NCBI GenBank assembly: GCA_965603515.1
Contig: CBFDDH010000006.1
Coordinates: forward strand, 20,761-84,760
Reading direction: 5' to 3'
Length of the DNA stretch: 64,000 nt
From: an uncultured bacterium
GTDB lineage: Bacteria; Hydrothermota; Tepidihabitantia; SM23-42
The notes under the pieces were generated by a model. It saw only the letters and a program-made list of their open reading frames with translations, was not told the origin of the DNA and made no database searches. The translations under genes and the position numbers were made by a program. Positions 28,512 to 38,855 of this stretch are shown in pieces (within the stretch, counting starts at the first letter, position 1; each line of letters begins with the position of its first letter).

Positions 28512-29004
28512 GCAAGAAACTATTTTGCGGAAAGTGCAAGAGATCGGTCAGAGAATAAACGATGACTACCAAAATAAAAACCCGGTTATCATTGGCGTTT
28601 TGAAAGGATCTTTTATGTTCTTGTCTGATATACTAAAAGCTGTGAATATTCCAGTTGAGGTTGATTTTGTGTCGGTCTCGAGTTATAATGGAAAGGAATC
28701 AAGCGGTGAAGTGGAACTGGTGCAGGATATTTCGTCTGATATCACAGACCGTGATATAATAATAGTCGAGGATGTAGTCGACACCGGTCGTACCCTCAGA
28801 TTCCTGCTCGACCGTTTTAGCGTATTGAAACCACGCAGCGTGGCAGTATGTTCTCTGCTTAATAAGCAGGATGACCGTCAGGTCGATATCCATGTCACAT
28901 ATCTCGGTTTCAATATCCCCAGTGTTTTTGTTGTTGGTTATGGTCTTGATCAATCCAATAAGTATCGTAACCTAAATTTTATCGGAGTAGCAAATGGTAA
29001 GTAA
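28495..29004 (+). CDS. hpt: Hypoxanthine phosphoribosyltransferase
   Basis: [30 protein letters not shown]; tilS-hpt-ftsH synteny. Confidence 0.95.
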   Translation: MHILLKQETILRKVQEIGQRINDDYQNKNPVIIGVLKGSFMFLSDILKAVNIPVEVDFVSVSSYNGKESSGEVELVQDISSDITDRDIIIVEDVVDTGRTLRFLLDRFSVLKPRSVAVCSLLNKQDDRQVDIHVTYLGFNIPSVFVVGYGLDQSNKYRNLNFIGVANGK

Positions 29005-30886
29005 ACAACCACCAAAAAAGCGCGCTTTACAAACGCTTGTGATCTGGTCGATCATCATCATCGCTGTCTATATAGTCATACTACAGGTTATTAATCGTGG
29101 GGTTCAGGCAGTTGATATCCCATATTCAATTTTCTTGCAGGAGTTAAGAAACAAGAATATTTATGAAGTTACCATAACCGAACGATCCATCAAAGGGAAA
29201 TTTAGATCATCGATATCATTCGAAGCCAAACAGGATTTTTCTGAATTTTCCACCCTGATTCCCTTTGAAGACCCAAAACTAGCAGAAGAATTAGTCCAGT
29301 ACGGCGTTAGGGTTGTCGCCAAACAAAAATCCAGCTGGGGAAACATCTTGATAAGTATCGTTCCCTGGCTACTTTTGATTGGCGTCTGGATTTTCTTTAT
29401 AAGACAAATGCAGTCTGGTCAAAATCGCGCCCTGGGGTTTGGACGAAGTCGCGCAAAGATCATGTTGGAAAATAAACCTTCAGTTACTTTTAATGATGTT
29501 GCTGGGGTTGAAGAAGCAAAACAAGAATTGACCGAAGTAATAGAGTTTTTGAAAGAACCGAGGAAATTCACACGCCTTGGCGGAAGAATTCCAAAGGGCG
29601 TGCTCCTACTCGGACCACCAGGAACGGGTAAAACATTAATGGCTAGGGCAGTTGCTGGTGAGGCACAAGTGCCCTTTATATCAATTAGTGGTTCGAACTT
29701 CGTGGAGATGTTCGTTGGAGTTGGGGCTTCACGGGTCAGGGATCTCTTTGATCAGGCAAAGCGCAATTCACCTTGCATTATTTTTGTCGATGAAATCGAT
29801 GCCGTAGGTCGGTTACGTGGTGCCGGCTTGGGTGGTGGACATGATGAGCGTGAGCAGACCCTAAACCAATTACTCGTTGAAATGGATGGTTTTGAAGTAA
29901 ACGAAGGTGTTATCCTCATGGCCGCGACTAATCGTCCCGACATACTTGATCCAGCTCTTTTAAGACCAGGCAGGTTTGATCGAGTCGTCGTGCTTGATCG
30001 CCCTGACGTACGTGGTAGATTGGGTATTCTCGAAGTGCATACGCGGAAAAAACCGCTGGCTAAAAATGTTGATAAAGAAGTGCTGGCACGTGGTACGCCA
30101 GGGTTCTCCGGTGCAGATCTGGCGAACATGGTAAATGAAGCTGCCCTACTTGCCGCACGACGTAATAAGAAAGTAATAACTATGCAGGAATTTGAAGATG
30201 CCAAAGACAAAATATTGATGGGGGTGGAAAGAAAAAGTCTGCTTATTTCTGATGATGAGAAGAGATTGACCTCTTTTCATGAATGCGGGCATGTTCTTGT
30301 TGCTAAATCCTTGCCTGGTATGGACCCCATACATAAGGTAACTATAATACCACGAGGTATGGCTTTAGGTTTGACCCAGGCATTGCCTATTGATGAGCGC
30401 CGGACCTATTCTAAGACATATTGTGGGAATCAACTCGCGTTTATGCTCGGTGGTAGGGCGGCAGAGAAAATCGTGCTTGGCGACCTATCAACTGGTGCTG
30501 GTAATGATATTGAAAAGGCTACGAAACTGGCGCGTAAAATGGTTTGTGAGTGGGGTATGAGTGAGAAATTGGGCCCATTGACTTATGGTGAGAAGCAAGA
30601 GGAGATATTCTTGGGCCGTGAAATAGGTATGCATCGAGATTACTCGGAAGATACAGCGCGCGATATAGATGAAGAAGTCAAAAGGCTTGTTGAAACTGCA
30701 GAACGTCGTGCAGTGGCTATTGTTAAGAAGAATATCAAGAAACTCAAGGCATTAGCTGAAGCACTGCTTGAAAAAGAGATTCTTGACAGTAAAGAAATTG
30801 ATAAGATTTTAGGTATTCGTACTAACCAAAAAACAGTGATCAAGAAGAAGAAAAGCAATGAAAAAAGAAAACAAAAAGGCAATTGA
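28994..30886 (+). CDS. ftsH: ATP-dependent zinc metalloprotease FtsH
   Basis: Two TMs, [27 protein letters not shown]. Confidence 0.97.
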   Translation: MVSKQPPKKRALQTLVIWSIIIIAVYIVILQVINRGVQAVDIPYSIFLQELRNKNIYEVTITERSIKGKFRSSISFEAKQDFSEFSTLIPFEDPKLAEELVQYGVRVVAKQKSSWGNILISIVPWLLLIGVWIFFIRQMQSGQNRALGFGRSRAKIMLENKPSVTFNDVAGVEEAKQELTEVIEFLKEPRKFTRLGGRIPKGVLLLGPPGTGKTLMARAVAGEAQVPFISISGSNFVEMFVGVGASRVRDLFDQAKRNSPCIIFVDEIDAVGRLRGAGLGGGHDEREQTLNQLLVEMDGFEVNEGVILMAATNRPDILDPALLRPGRFDRVVVLDRPDVRGRLGILEVHTRKKPLAKNVDKEVLARGTPGFSGADLANMVNEAALLAARRNKKVITMQEFEDAKDKILMGVERKSLLISDDEKRLTSFHECGHVLVAKSLPGMDPIHKVTIIPRGMALGLTQALPIDERRTYSKTYCGNQLAFMLGGRAAEKIVLGDLSTGAGNDIEKATKLARKMVCEWGMSEKLGPLTYGEKQEEIFLGREIGMHRDYSEDTARDIDEEVKRLVETAERRAVAIVKKNIKKLKALAEALLEKEILDSKEIDKILGIRTNQKTVIKKKKSNEKRKQKGN

Positions 30887-31424
30887 AAAAGCCGTAAGAA
30901 TAATCCTCAAGGCAATTGGAGAAAATCCAAGAAGACTTGGATTAAAAGATACGCCACGCCGTATCGCCGATATGTACGATGAGATCTTTGCTGGTGTGAA
31001 GCATGATCCTAAAAGAGAGCTTAAAACATATCAGGCAAAAAATGAGGATGAGATGATCATCATCAAAGACATCCCTTTTTATTCAATTTGCGAACACCAC
31101 TTGCTACCGTTTTTTGGCAAGGCACATATGGTTTATATCCCCAAGAAAAATAGGATCACCGGATTTTCCAGTCTAGTAAGAGTTCTTGATATCATGGCAA
31201 AGAGACCCCTTGTTCAGGAAAGACTGACCCATGAGGTCGCTGATTTTCTGATGGAAAATCTCAAACCCATGGGGGTTCTGATCGTCATCGAAGCAGAACA
31301 CCTCTGCCTTTCCATGATCGGTGTGAAGAAACCTGGTACACTCACTGTGACTTCGGCGATACGCGGGGCAATGCGCAAAGCAGCAACGCGTGCCGAAGCA
31401 TTTTCATTAATAAAAGGTAAGTAA
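30858..31424 (+). CDS. folE: GTP cyclohydrolase I
   Basis: [27 protein letters not shown]. Confidence 0.95.
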   Translation: MKKENKKAIEKAVRIILKAIGENPRRLGLKDTPRRIADMYDEIFAGVKHDPKRELKTYQAKNEDEMIIIKDIPFYSICEHHLLPFFGKAHMVYIPKKNRITGFSSLVRVLDIMAKRPLVQERLTHEVADFLMENLKPMGVLIVIEAEHLCLSMIGVKKPGTLTVTSAIRGAMRKAATRAEAFSLIKGK

Positions 31425-31517
31425 GAGGACTTATAATGATTTTACGACAGCAATACCTTTTTAAATATGTGGAATTCCTACCAGACTACAATTATAGTAT
31501 TGACTAAATAATCGCCC

Positions 31518-31928
31518 TTACTGTATTCGGCGCCATTTTTGTACAGTGCCGACCATTTCTGCCTCTCTAGCGAATTTGCGTATTTCTAAAACGCCGTCAC
31601 CCATGAGTGTAAAATACACATCTTTGTAATCGATCGAGACAACATTCCCTTCATGATCAACCATTTTTATCAGGTCCTTACCCTTCCACTTATTGGGCGC
31701 CACTGGTTCAACATCGCGCCATTTTATGTCCTTCTCAACAAAACCGAGTAGGTCGAGTATGCCAGCGGATTTTATCAGCTTGCCGTGATACATATTGCCA
31801 ACTCTTTCGACTTGAACAACTGCACCTTCAGCTTCATCGCCAAACCTTTCCCACTGTCCAACGATTGGACTTTCGCCGCAACTGAGAATTAGAACAATTA
31901 TCGGAAATAAGGCAAGGAACTTTTTCAT
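31518..31928 (-). CDS. Hypothetical lipoprotein (DUF2147/lipocalin-like)
   Basis: SD AGGAGGAG, lipobox ILSC, IVGQW, terminal W.R; promoter TTGACG-N16-TATAAT. Confidence 0.7.
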   Translation of the reverse strand: MKKFLALFPIIVLILSCGESPIVGQWERFGDEAEGAVVQVERVGNMYHGKLIKSAGILDLLGFVEKDIKWRDVEPVAPNKWKGKDLIKMVDHEGNVVSIDYKDVYFTLMGDGVLEIRKFAREAEMVGTVQKWRRIQ

Positions 31929-32081
31929 GATCTCCTCCTCTTTTAACCTGCTTAATTATATTATAGCCGTAAAACGAAATACGTCAAGCAAAAACAGAGC
32001 GAGTTATTATCCCGCTTTTTCATATTTGATATTTAAAATATTGGTAAAGCGAAGATCCCGCTTCGCGGGAAGTAATTATCT

Positions 32082-32101
32082 TTGTGACAAAAATGTCACA
32101 A
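32082..32101. promoter_or_regulatory. Palindromic operator candidate in divergent promoter region
   Basis: TTGTGAC-N6-GTCACAA, 18 bp upstream of the comM -35 box. Confidence 0.5.
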
Positions 32102-32154
32102 CTTCACAACGAATTTTTGTTGACTGGACACACTGCAGTCATATACTTGTATCC

Positions 32155-33696
32155 ATGTTATCAAAAATCATTTCGTGTGCCACATTCGGCATTGATGGTT
32201 ATCTTGTAGACGTTGAGGTGGATCTATCAACCGGCTTGCCTGGTTTTACAACTGTTGGTCTGCCTGACAATGCCGTGAAAGAATCAAAGGATCGTGTATT
32301 TGCAGCGATTAAGAATGCAGGTTTCCGGTTTCCCGCACGTAAGATCACGGTGAATCTCGCACCCGCTGATATAAAAAAAGAAGGTTCAAGTTTCGACTTA
32401 CCTATTGCCGTGGGTATTTTATCAGCATCACAGACTGTGCGTGGTGCGCACCTGAAACAGTATGCAATCCTAGGAGAATTGTCTTTAGATGGCACACTGC
32501 GTCCAGTTAAAGGTGCAATTTCTGTATCGCTCGCGGCCAAGGACAATAAACTTGACGGTATGATCCTGCCGCGACCTAATGCACCTGAAGCAGCTATTGT
32601 TCAAGGTATTGATGTCTATGGTTTTGACAACCTTATTGAGGTAGTTGCTTTTCTCAACGGAGAAGCAAACATACAACCTGTGGTCATAGACCGTGCAAAA
32701 ATCTTTGATGACGCTTCACAGTACACAGTAGATTTTGCTGAGGTCAAAGGTCAACATCATGCAAAGCGCGCTCTCGAAATAGCCGCTGCAGGCAGCCATA
32801 ATCTTCTGATGATCGGTCCTCCGGGCACGGGTAAGACTATGCTGGCGCGTAGGCTTGTGACCGTATTACCAAAGATGACCTTGGAAGAAGCACTTGAGAC
32901 AACGAAGATACATTCGGTCGCTGGTATTTTATCAAACAGTGATTCTCTGCTCGGCACCAGACCGTTCCGTTCGCCCCATCATACAATTTCTGATGCGGGT
33001 ATTATTGGCGGTGGTCATGTGCCCAGACCAGGTGAAGTTTCTTTAGCACATAATGGTGTATTGTTTCTCGACGAACTCGCCGAGTTCCACAAAAATGTCC
33101 TTGAGGTGTTGCGCCAACCACTTGAGGATGGTTCAGTAACGATCGGTAGGGCAAAGGTGACTTTGACCTACCCGGCTCGTTTCATGCTTGCTGCAGCAAT
33201 GAACCCTTGCCCTTGTGGTTATTTTACCGATCCATTTCATGAATGTCGGTGTACACCCCAGCAAATTCAGCGTTACCACAACAGGATTTCTGGACCTTTG
33301 CTTGACCGGATCGACATCCATATTGAAGTTCCTTCGTTGAAATACGATGAGTTGAAATCAACCCAGCTTGGAGAATCTTCTGAAAAAATAAGGGCGCGTG
33401 TAAACAAAGCAAGACAGCGACAACTCGATCGTTTTGAAAACAGGAAGAACATCTATTGTAATGCGCACATGGGTGCAAAAGACGTACGAAAACTCTGTTT
33501 GATCGATGAACAATCGCAGACTTTGCTCAAGACTGCGATTCAAAAATTCGGTCTTTCAGCGCGCGCCTATAACAAAGTATTGAAGGTTGCCAGGACGATT
33601 GCTGATTTAGGGGATCATGAGGATATAAAAGTCCAGCACATCGCCGAAGCCATTCAATACCGCTCCCTCGACAAAAACATCTGGTACCGGTTATGA
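32155..33696 (+). CDS. comM: YifB/ComM Mg-chelatase-like AAA+ ATPase
   Basis: [56 protein letters not shown]; start reassigned to the ATG 7 nt after the -10 box. Confidence 0.93.
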   Translation: MLSKIISCATFGIDGYLVDVEVDLSTGLPGFTTVGLPDNAVKESKDRVFAAIKNAGFRFPARKITVNLAPADIKKEGSSFDLPIAVGILSASQTVRGAHLKQYAILGELSLDGTLRPVKGAISVSLAAKDNKLDGMILPRPNAPEAAIVQGIDVYGFDNLIEVVAFLNGEANIQPVVIDRAKIFDDASQYTVDFAEVKGQHHAKRALEIAAAGSHNLLMIGPPGTGKTMLARRLVTVLPKMTLEEALETTKIHSVAGILSNSDSLLGTRPFRSPHHTISDAGIIGGGHVPRPGEVSLAHNGVLFLDELAEFHKNVLEVLRQPLEDGSVTIGRAKVTLTYPARFMLAAAMNPCPCGYFTDPFHECRCTPQQIQRYHNRISGPLLDRIDIHIEVPSLKYDELKSTQLGESSEKIRARVNKARQRQLDRFENRKNIYCNAHMGAKDVRKLCLIDEQSQTLLKTAIQKFGLSARAYNKVLKVARTIADLGDHEDIKVQHIAEAIQYRSLDKNIWYRL

Positions 33697-33756
33697 GCCG
33701 CTGATCAACCGGGGACGGTGCTTGACACGACTGCAGAGTGAAGTATACTGTGTGTC

Positions 33757-34566
33757 ATGATAGCTAAGGAAATTAGCAATCTCCCTTATTGTTTTGCAAG
33801 ACAAGCGTCACATATTATCAGGATTCTTCTATTATTTGCATCTCTGATGCTGCTAGGCGTGGGTTTTGCCCAGGAAACAAATGAGGATTCAATAACGATT
33901 CTTCTGGAAGATGCTAAGGCTTGTTATAATGAATGTGAATACGCCGCAGTAATTGATATTCTGGGGAGAATTTTAAACGACTTGGAAGGCAGCAATGTTT
34001 CTGAAGCATATACATATTTAGCAATCAGCTATGTTGCCGTCGGAGACAGAACAGTTGCCAAAGAACATTTCAGGAAAGCACTACGTTTTAGTCCTGAACT
34101 AATATTGGATCCTGCGGTTGTATCAAGGGAAGCGATTAGCATTTTTGATGAAACCAAAAGAGAGGTAGCTGGGGAAGCAGCTATGTGCTCTTGTTTTCTA
34201 CCTGGTTCAGGACAAATGATGAAAGGGGATAACAGAAAAGGGCAAATAATAATGGCGGCATCGGCAGTTACTGCAATTGCTTCTATATTATCATGGACAA
34301 TCACCCAAGGAAAAGGTCAGACCTATTGGAACCTTGGACCAGATGAAACAGATATGTTGGAGCAGACATATAATGAATATAATGAATGGTATGGAAGGTC
34401 ACTTCTCATATCTGCTTCATTTCTCTGCATTTATCTGTATAGCATCATAGATGCTTTTATGTATGATGCAGGTCACAGCAAGACATTCACGCGTAGTGTG
34501 AAATCTGGATTGATTTTGGAACCGAGCAGCAAAGGTATTTCAATCAGTTACATTGTAAATTTCTGA
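33757..34566 (+). CDS. TPR + membrane (DUF5683-like) exported protein
   Basis: TPR helices EAY.YLA..Y..G...AKEHF.KAL; S.FLPG.GQ...G...KG; YS..DA; terminal F. Confidence 0.65.
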   Translation: MIAKEISNLPYCFARQASHIIRILLLFASLMLLGVGFAQETNEDSITILLEDAKACYNECEYAAVIDILGRILNDLEGSNVSEAYTYLAISYVAVGDRTVAKEHFRKALRFSPELILDPAVVSREAISIFDETKREVAGEAAMCSCFLPGSGQMMKGDNRKGQIIMAASAVTAIASILSWTITQGKGQTYWNLGPDETDMLEQTYNEYNEWYGRSLLISASFLCIYLYSIIDAFMYDAGHSKTFTRSVKSGLILEPSSKGISISYIVNF

Positions 34567-34568
34567 TA

Positions 34569-35501
34569 ATGAAGAGGCTAATACTTCCATTCCTTATTTT
34601 GACTGTCGGATCAACTACCTGTCTCAAAGCACCGCACAGCAATAAATACGATCCCCAAAACCCTGATAAAGCGATCCTTCAAGGGTGTGTATATGAACCA
34701 GACGCGGTGGTCATCCATGATGCAATCGTGCGTCTATTATTTAATGAAGAAGTGATTCAAACAGATACTACTGATCATGAGGGGGCGTTTGAATTTGGTG
34801 AGATCGACCCGGGTGTATATAAAATAACTGCGGATGCTTCTTATTATAATACGATGGAGCATTATCCTGAAAGCCTCTGGGCAGGTGTCCACGAGCATGA
34901 CTTCGATCTATACCTCAGCACATATGGTTTTGAAGACGATTCATTGAATTGCAGCAGTCCTTATGCGTTTGTGAATGTTCAGGGTAACTGGAATATCAGT
35001 GAGGACTACCAGGAACCAGAACTGCACTCAACACCTAATGTATTTTCCTGCAACAATGAGGATACTGCGGTATGTGGTCTTAGTCTACATAGGGCAGAAG
35101 CAAGTGATTTCTGGTTCGAGACCAAACTCAAAATCCATGGTTCATCCGGACCAAATTGGGCGGCAGGTATTGTTTTCAGGTATAAGAATATACAGAATTT
35201 CTACTGTTTGAATATTTCCGCAGATACAATCAGTTTTAGACAAGTTAGAAACGGTAGTGAGGCCATTATACGGAACGTACCATACAATTTCACAACCGAC
35301 ACATGGTTTACCCTGGGTGTGAAGGTCTCTTCAACTATCATGAAGATATTCGTAGAGGGTGATTCAATGCCCCTATTTTTAGTGATCGATCCATCTTTTC
35401 TTGAAGGCAAGCTTGGTCTGTTTGTGCCTTGCCAGTACGCTGGAACGATAACATCAGTGAGTTTCGATGATGTGACTATACGACGGGACCTGAGCCAGTA
35501 G
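34569..35501 (+). CDS. Lipoprotein with carboxypeptidase-regulatory-like and concanavalin/DUF1080-like domains
   Basis: C..PH.N.YDP; TTD..G.F.F..I.PG.Y; AGIVFRY....NFY; GKLGL; FDDV. Confidence 0.65.
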   Translation: MKRLILPFLILTVGSTTCLKAPHSNKYDPQNPDKAILQGCVYEPDAVVIHDAIVRLLFNEEVIQTDTTDHEGAFEFGEIDPGVYKITADASYYNTMEHYPESLWAGVHEHDFDLYLSTYGFEDDSLNCSSPYAFVNVQGNWNISEDYQEPELHSTPNVFSCNNEDTAVCGLSLHRAEASDFWFETKLKIHGSSGPNWAAGIVFRYKNIQNFYCLNISADTISFRQVRNGSEAIIRNVPYNFTTDTWFTLGVKVSSTIMKIFVEGDSMPLFLVIDPSFLEGKLGLFVPCQYAGTITSVSFDDVTIRRDLSQ

Positions 35502-35670
35502 ATTCAAAGAAGTAAGGTAGCTGTTTTTGAGAGGTGAACATAAATTGCCTCTTGACAAGGTTGATTATTTGTGTATAATTATTCTAATATAAGCAACATT
35601 ATTTGTTGAAGGACTGTAGGATACTCATATTCGAAATCCATGAAACAGATAGATGCTTGAAAGGAGAAAC

Positions 35671-35874
35671 ATGTCATACGGAGCTGTAAAGTGGTTTGAT
35701 AGTAGAAAAGGATTTGGCTTCATCGAGAAAGAAGATGGTAGTGGTGATGTATTTGCCCACTTCCAGGATATTTCTGGTGATGGTTACCGCACGCTGCAAG
35801 AAGGTGAGCGGGTTAAGTTCGAGATTACTCAATCCCCTAAAGGGGAAAAAGCCACAAATATCGAACGTGCGTAA
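35671..35874 (+). CDS. Cold-shock protein (CspA family)
   Basis: G.VKWF...KGFGFI, DVFAHF, GYRTL.EG..V.F; SD AAGGAG; promoter TTGACA(35552)-N16-TATAAT with about 85-nt 5'UTR. Confidence 0.96.
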   Translation: MSYGAVKWFDSRKGFGFIEKEDGSGDVFAHFQDISGDGYRTLQEGERVKFEITQSPKGEKATNIERA

Positions 35875-35886
35875 ATACGCATGTTA

Positions 35887-35922
35887 GAAAAAGGGGAGTG
35901 ACTATGGTCACTCCCCTTTTCT
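35887..35922. terminator. Bidirectional intrinsic terminator
   Basis: aaaaaggggagtgac tatg gtcactccccttttc. Confidence 0.9.
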
Positions 35923-35979
35923 TTTATTAATGCATATTCTCGACGCGTTCCTTGAGGAACTTGCTCGAACAATAAAGCG

Positions 35980-37611
35980 TTATTCTTCTAAGGCTATTGT
36001 GATTTCATTGATGTAAAGACGTTCACGGTCTTTATTTTTTAGATAATTTTTTAGCAGATACTCAGGGTTAGCTCCTATTTTCTTATCAAAAACAACCTCA
36101 CCATTTGCAATAATAACAATATTCTGATCTATTTGCACCATGTCCGGGTGAATCTTGATAGTAAACACCGCAATCTGTGATGTTTTCAAGGTAAAGATGT
36201 TTCCTGAGAAGTATCCCTCAATTCGTCCTGATGGTTTACCGCGTGTAAAGAGATCGGATATTGTAGGTCCGGGAAACTGATCTTCAAAGACCAATACCTC
36301 ACCGTCTCTCAGTATAACGATTTCAGCGAGATCACCACACTTCTTGGTTTCTTTGTAGGCATAAACATCTTCTATTGTATTAACAGGCATATCTCCCAGT
36401 CTTATTATCACATCTCCATCTTTCATCCCAACGACTGCACAGAGTGTGCTATCACCAATTACCTTACTAATTTTTACAGCCGGACCCTTAAAATCATGGT
36501 TCGGGAAAAACTCTGATAACACTTGTTTGTCAATTGCATCTAAATCAATACCGGCAAAATCATCATCAGGGTAAAAACCGAACATCACTCGGTCATCAAC
36601 AATTTCCATATTATGGTCTTTATACCAATCTGCGTGTCCTTGTTCAGAGATTGAATCGATGCGCAGCCACATGCATTCTTGGTTTGGATATGCGCTTTCC
36701 CATTTTACCAGTGGTCTGAGGTGGCGCGGGTTATTTTCCATGAAGCTGACCATGCGTGGCAGTTCTTCTTCTGCATAATCAAATTCGTGTCCTATACCAG
36801 TGTATATGCGGTAGAAGATGTCGGCCTCAGCCTCGTAAGCCAGTTCGAGCATATCGTGAATTTCATCTGCCGGATATAATCCATCTTCGTCAGTATTGAT
36901 GACATACATGGGCCGATTAAAGAGATTAACAAAGTAGGTTTGTATTTTGCCGACCTCTGAACCCACACCAGGATGACCATTCAGTGGTAAAAAGCCCGCG
37001 AAGTAAGATGGATAGCTCATAGCAAACAGAAATGAAGCAGAACCACCATCAGAAAAGCCGGTCATGAATACTCTATTATCGTCAATATTGTATTCTCTTT
37101 TCGTTACGCGGATTTGCCGCAGAATATTAGCTATACCTACTGAATCCCACCAGGTTGCGCCGTACTGACCTACGGGAAACAAGAGAATATAACCTTGTTC
37201 TTCAGCTATTTTTATGAACGGTGAATCCTTGAAATATTTTACATCATCTTCACTGATGTCTTTTCTACTAACCCCACCATGAAGATATACCAGGAGCGGT
37301 GTTTTCTTGTTATGGTCATAATTCTCTGGAATGTATAGATAGTAGGGTCTTTCAAAACCATCAATACACATATTTTTTGCAGTACGGATACCACGTGCCG
37401 TACCTTTCTTGAATTCGGCATTCTTTAATAATGTAATCAAGGTATTGATAGGAACATCATGGTCTGATATCTCGGCGATAAGTTCTTCCTGCCTTGCTAT
37501 GTCGTTGGTGTGAAATAACGCATCAAGATTTTGACTTAGGTCAGCTGCTGAAGTGATCAATGGTATGGACAACAGCATTATTAGTGCATACGGTGTGTAT
37601 TTTCTTAACAT
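35980..37611 (-). CDS. Exported alpha/beta hydrolase (esterase/peptidase-like) with PDZ domain
   Basis: PLLVYLHGG, ID.NRVF.TGFSDGG, GH; G.K.GDVII..G...V PDZ segment. Confidence 0.8.
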   Translation of the reverse strand: MLRKYTPYALIMLLSIPLITSAADLSQNLDALFHTNDIARQEELIAEISDHDVPINTLITLLKNAEFKKGTARGIRTAKNMCIDGFERPYYLYIPENYDHNKKTPLLVYLHGGVSRKDISEDDVKYFKDSPFIKIAEEQGYILLFPVGQYGATWWDSVGIANILRQIRVTKREYNIDDNRVFMTGFSDGGSASFLFAMSYPSYFAGFLPLNGHPGVGSEVGKIQTYFVNLFNRPMYVINTDEDGLYPADEIHDMLELAYEAEADIFYRIYTGIGHEFDYAEEELPRMVSFMENNPRHLRPLVKWESAYPNQECMWLRIDSISEQGHADWYKDHNMEIVDDRVMFGFYPDDDFAGIDLDAIDKQVLSEFFPNHDFKGPAVKISKVIGDSTLCAVVGMKDGDVIIRLGDMPVNTIEDVYAYKETKKCGDLAEIVILRDGEVLVFEDQFPGPTISDLFTRGKPSGRIEGYFSGNIFTLKTSQIAVFTIKIHPDMVQIDQNIVIIANGEVVFDKKIGANPEYLLKNYLKNKDRERLYINEITIALEE

Positions 37612-37640
37612 ATTGTCTCCGTTCCTTTTGTATACTGAAT

Positions 37641-37931
37641 TTACTGTTTCTGAAACTCCTCTGCATGGATCTTCTTCATTTGCACGAAGGTATTAGTTGT
37701 TATTTCATCAAGTGCTATTGCGGTGATTATATCTCTGTATTCCTGAGCGGAAATTTCTTCTTTCTTCAGCATATCAACGGCTATGTCCTCGTTGATATCA
37801 AACATCGCAGAAATTTTCGCGACCTTTTCTATAACCTTCTGGTCGATCACCCCGGTTTCTTCTTTTTTCTGTGAACAAGTTATGCATATCAGTAATACCA
37901 CGGCAATTACAGGAAAAATTTTCTTGTTCAT
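37641..37931 (-). CDS. Hypothetical lipoprotein
   Basis: SD GGAG, MNKKIF...CITC lipobox-like. Confidence 0.65.
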   Translation of the reverse strand: MNKKIFPVIAVVLLICITCSQKKEETGVIDQKVIEKVAKISAMFDINEDIAVDMLKKEEISAQEYRDIITAIALDEITTNTFVQMKKIHAEEFQKQ

Positions 37932-37959
37932 ATAGGCTCCTTTGGTTGACGTACCAAAT

Positions 37960-38628
37960 CTATTTTTTGTCTTTTTTCTTTGTTTTTGATTCAGATTTGT
38001 CTTCATCGATTTTTTTCTTTATTGGCTCTTGTTTTTGAGGCTCATCATTTGTTCTGTAGTCTTTGTCTTCTGTATTTTGTTTCTGTGCTTCTTTGTTCTG
38101 TTCCTTTTTCTTAGTATCAGTTTCCTCTTCGTCTTGGCTCCCCATCTTTTGTGTCTGCTTCTCTTTCTTTATTTTTTGCTTTTTCTGTTCTTCTTCATTT
38201 TCTTGTTTATCTTTCGGTTCTTGTTTTTTTATCTGGTGTCTTTCCTGTAATTCCTTTTTTATTGCCTGTCCTAATTCCTTACCTTTTACGCCATTTGCTT
38301 TCTGTTGGAATACGAATTCTGAAATTCCCTTATTGGATTTCCCTGTTCTTGTATTTTCTTCCATTGTTGTGATAGTGTTGGCTCCTTCGTCCGCAGATAG
38401 CTTCTTGTCTTTTACGCCCTTGATAATGCTTTGTATTTCTTTTTCTTCAGCACCGGCATCCCTTGCATCTTTGACCACTTCTGGTAACCTGCTTACCTGT
38501 TTCAATTCCTCGACATTCATTTCAGATTTTGATCTTTCCACAATTTTTGCATCCGTATCAGCTGTTTGAGCGGGAAGTGGCAGTGCCACGAAGAATGCGA
38601 TGATTAGAAAAAAAGACCACATTTTCAT
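37960..38628 (-). CDS. Exported highly charged (K/E/Q) protein
   Basis: SD AAGGAGG, signal peptide, helical domain then low-complexity tail. Confidence 0.7.
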   Translation of the reverse strand: MKMWSFFLIIAFFVALPLPAQTADTDAKIVERSKSEMNVEELKQVSRLPEVVKDARDAGAEEKEIQSIIKGVKDKKLSADEGANTITTMEENTRTGKSNKGISEFVFQQKANGVKGKELGQAIKKELQERHQIKKQEPKDKQENEEEQKKQKIKKEKQTQKMGSQDEEETDTKKKEQNKEAQKQNTEDKDYRTNDEPQKQEPIKKKIDEDKSESKTKKKDKK

Positions 38629-38855
38629 AATATCCTCCTTGTTTTTTCTGATCAACACAGTATATAAAAATGAAGGAATAAATCAAGATGTTCGTTGAGG
38701 AGACGCGGCCTAATGCTTCGCAGGAACATCCATGCTTGACAGTATCAATAAGCTAGTTACAATTACCCTGTTAGATGAAAGCAAGAAAAACTTCACAGGC
38801 ATGGATTTAAATACTATTTCCTATACAAAAATTTAGGGAATCTTAAGGAGTTCTG

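Noticed and set aside
27141-31424. tilS-hpt-ftsH-folE cluster as novel
   Set aside because: Well-known conserved gene order
32082-32101. Assignment of the palindrome to Rex or CRP specifically
   Set aside because: Half-site spacing is 2 bp longer than either consensus; left as an unidentified operator
31927-32154. N-terminal extension of ComM in the ORF track
   Set aside because: Spans divergent promoters and a repeat hairpin; family homology begins at MLSKI (32155)
35580-35670. Riboswitch or ncRNA in the csp leader or other intergenic regions
   Set aside because: No recognisable aptamer consensus by eye; a long csp 5'UTR is ordinary. An Rfam/Infernal scan would be needed to exclude it
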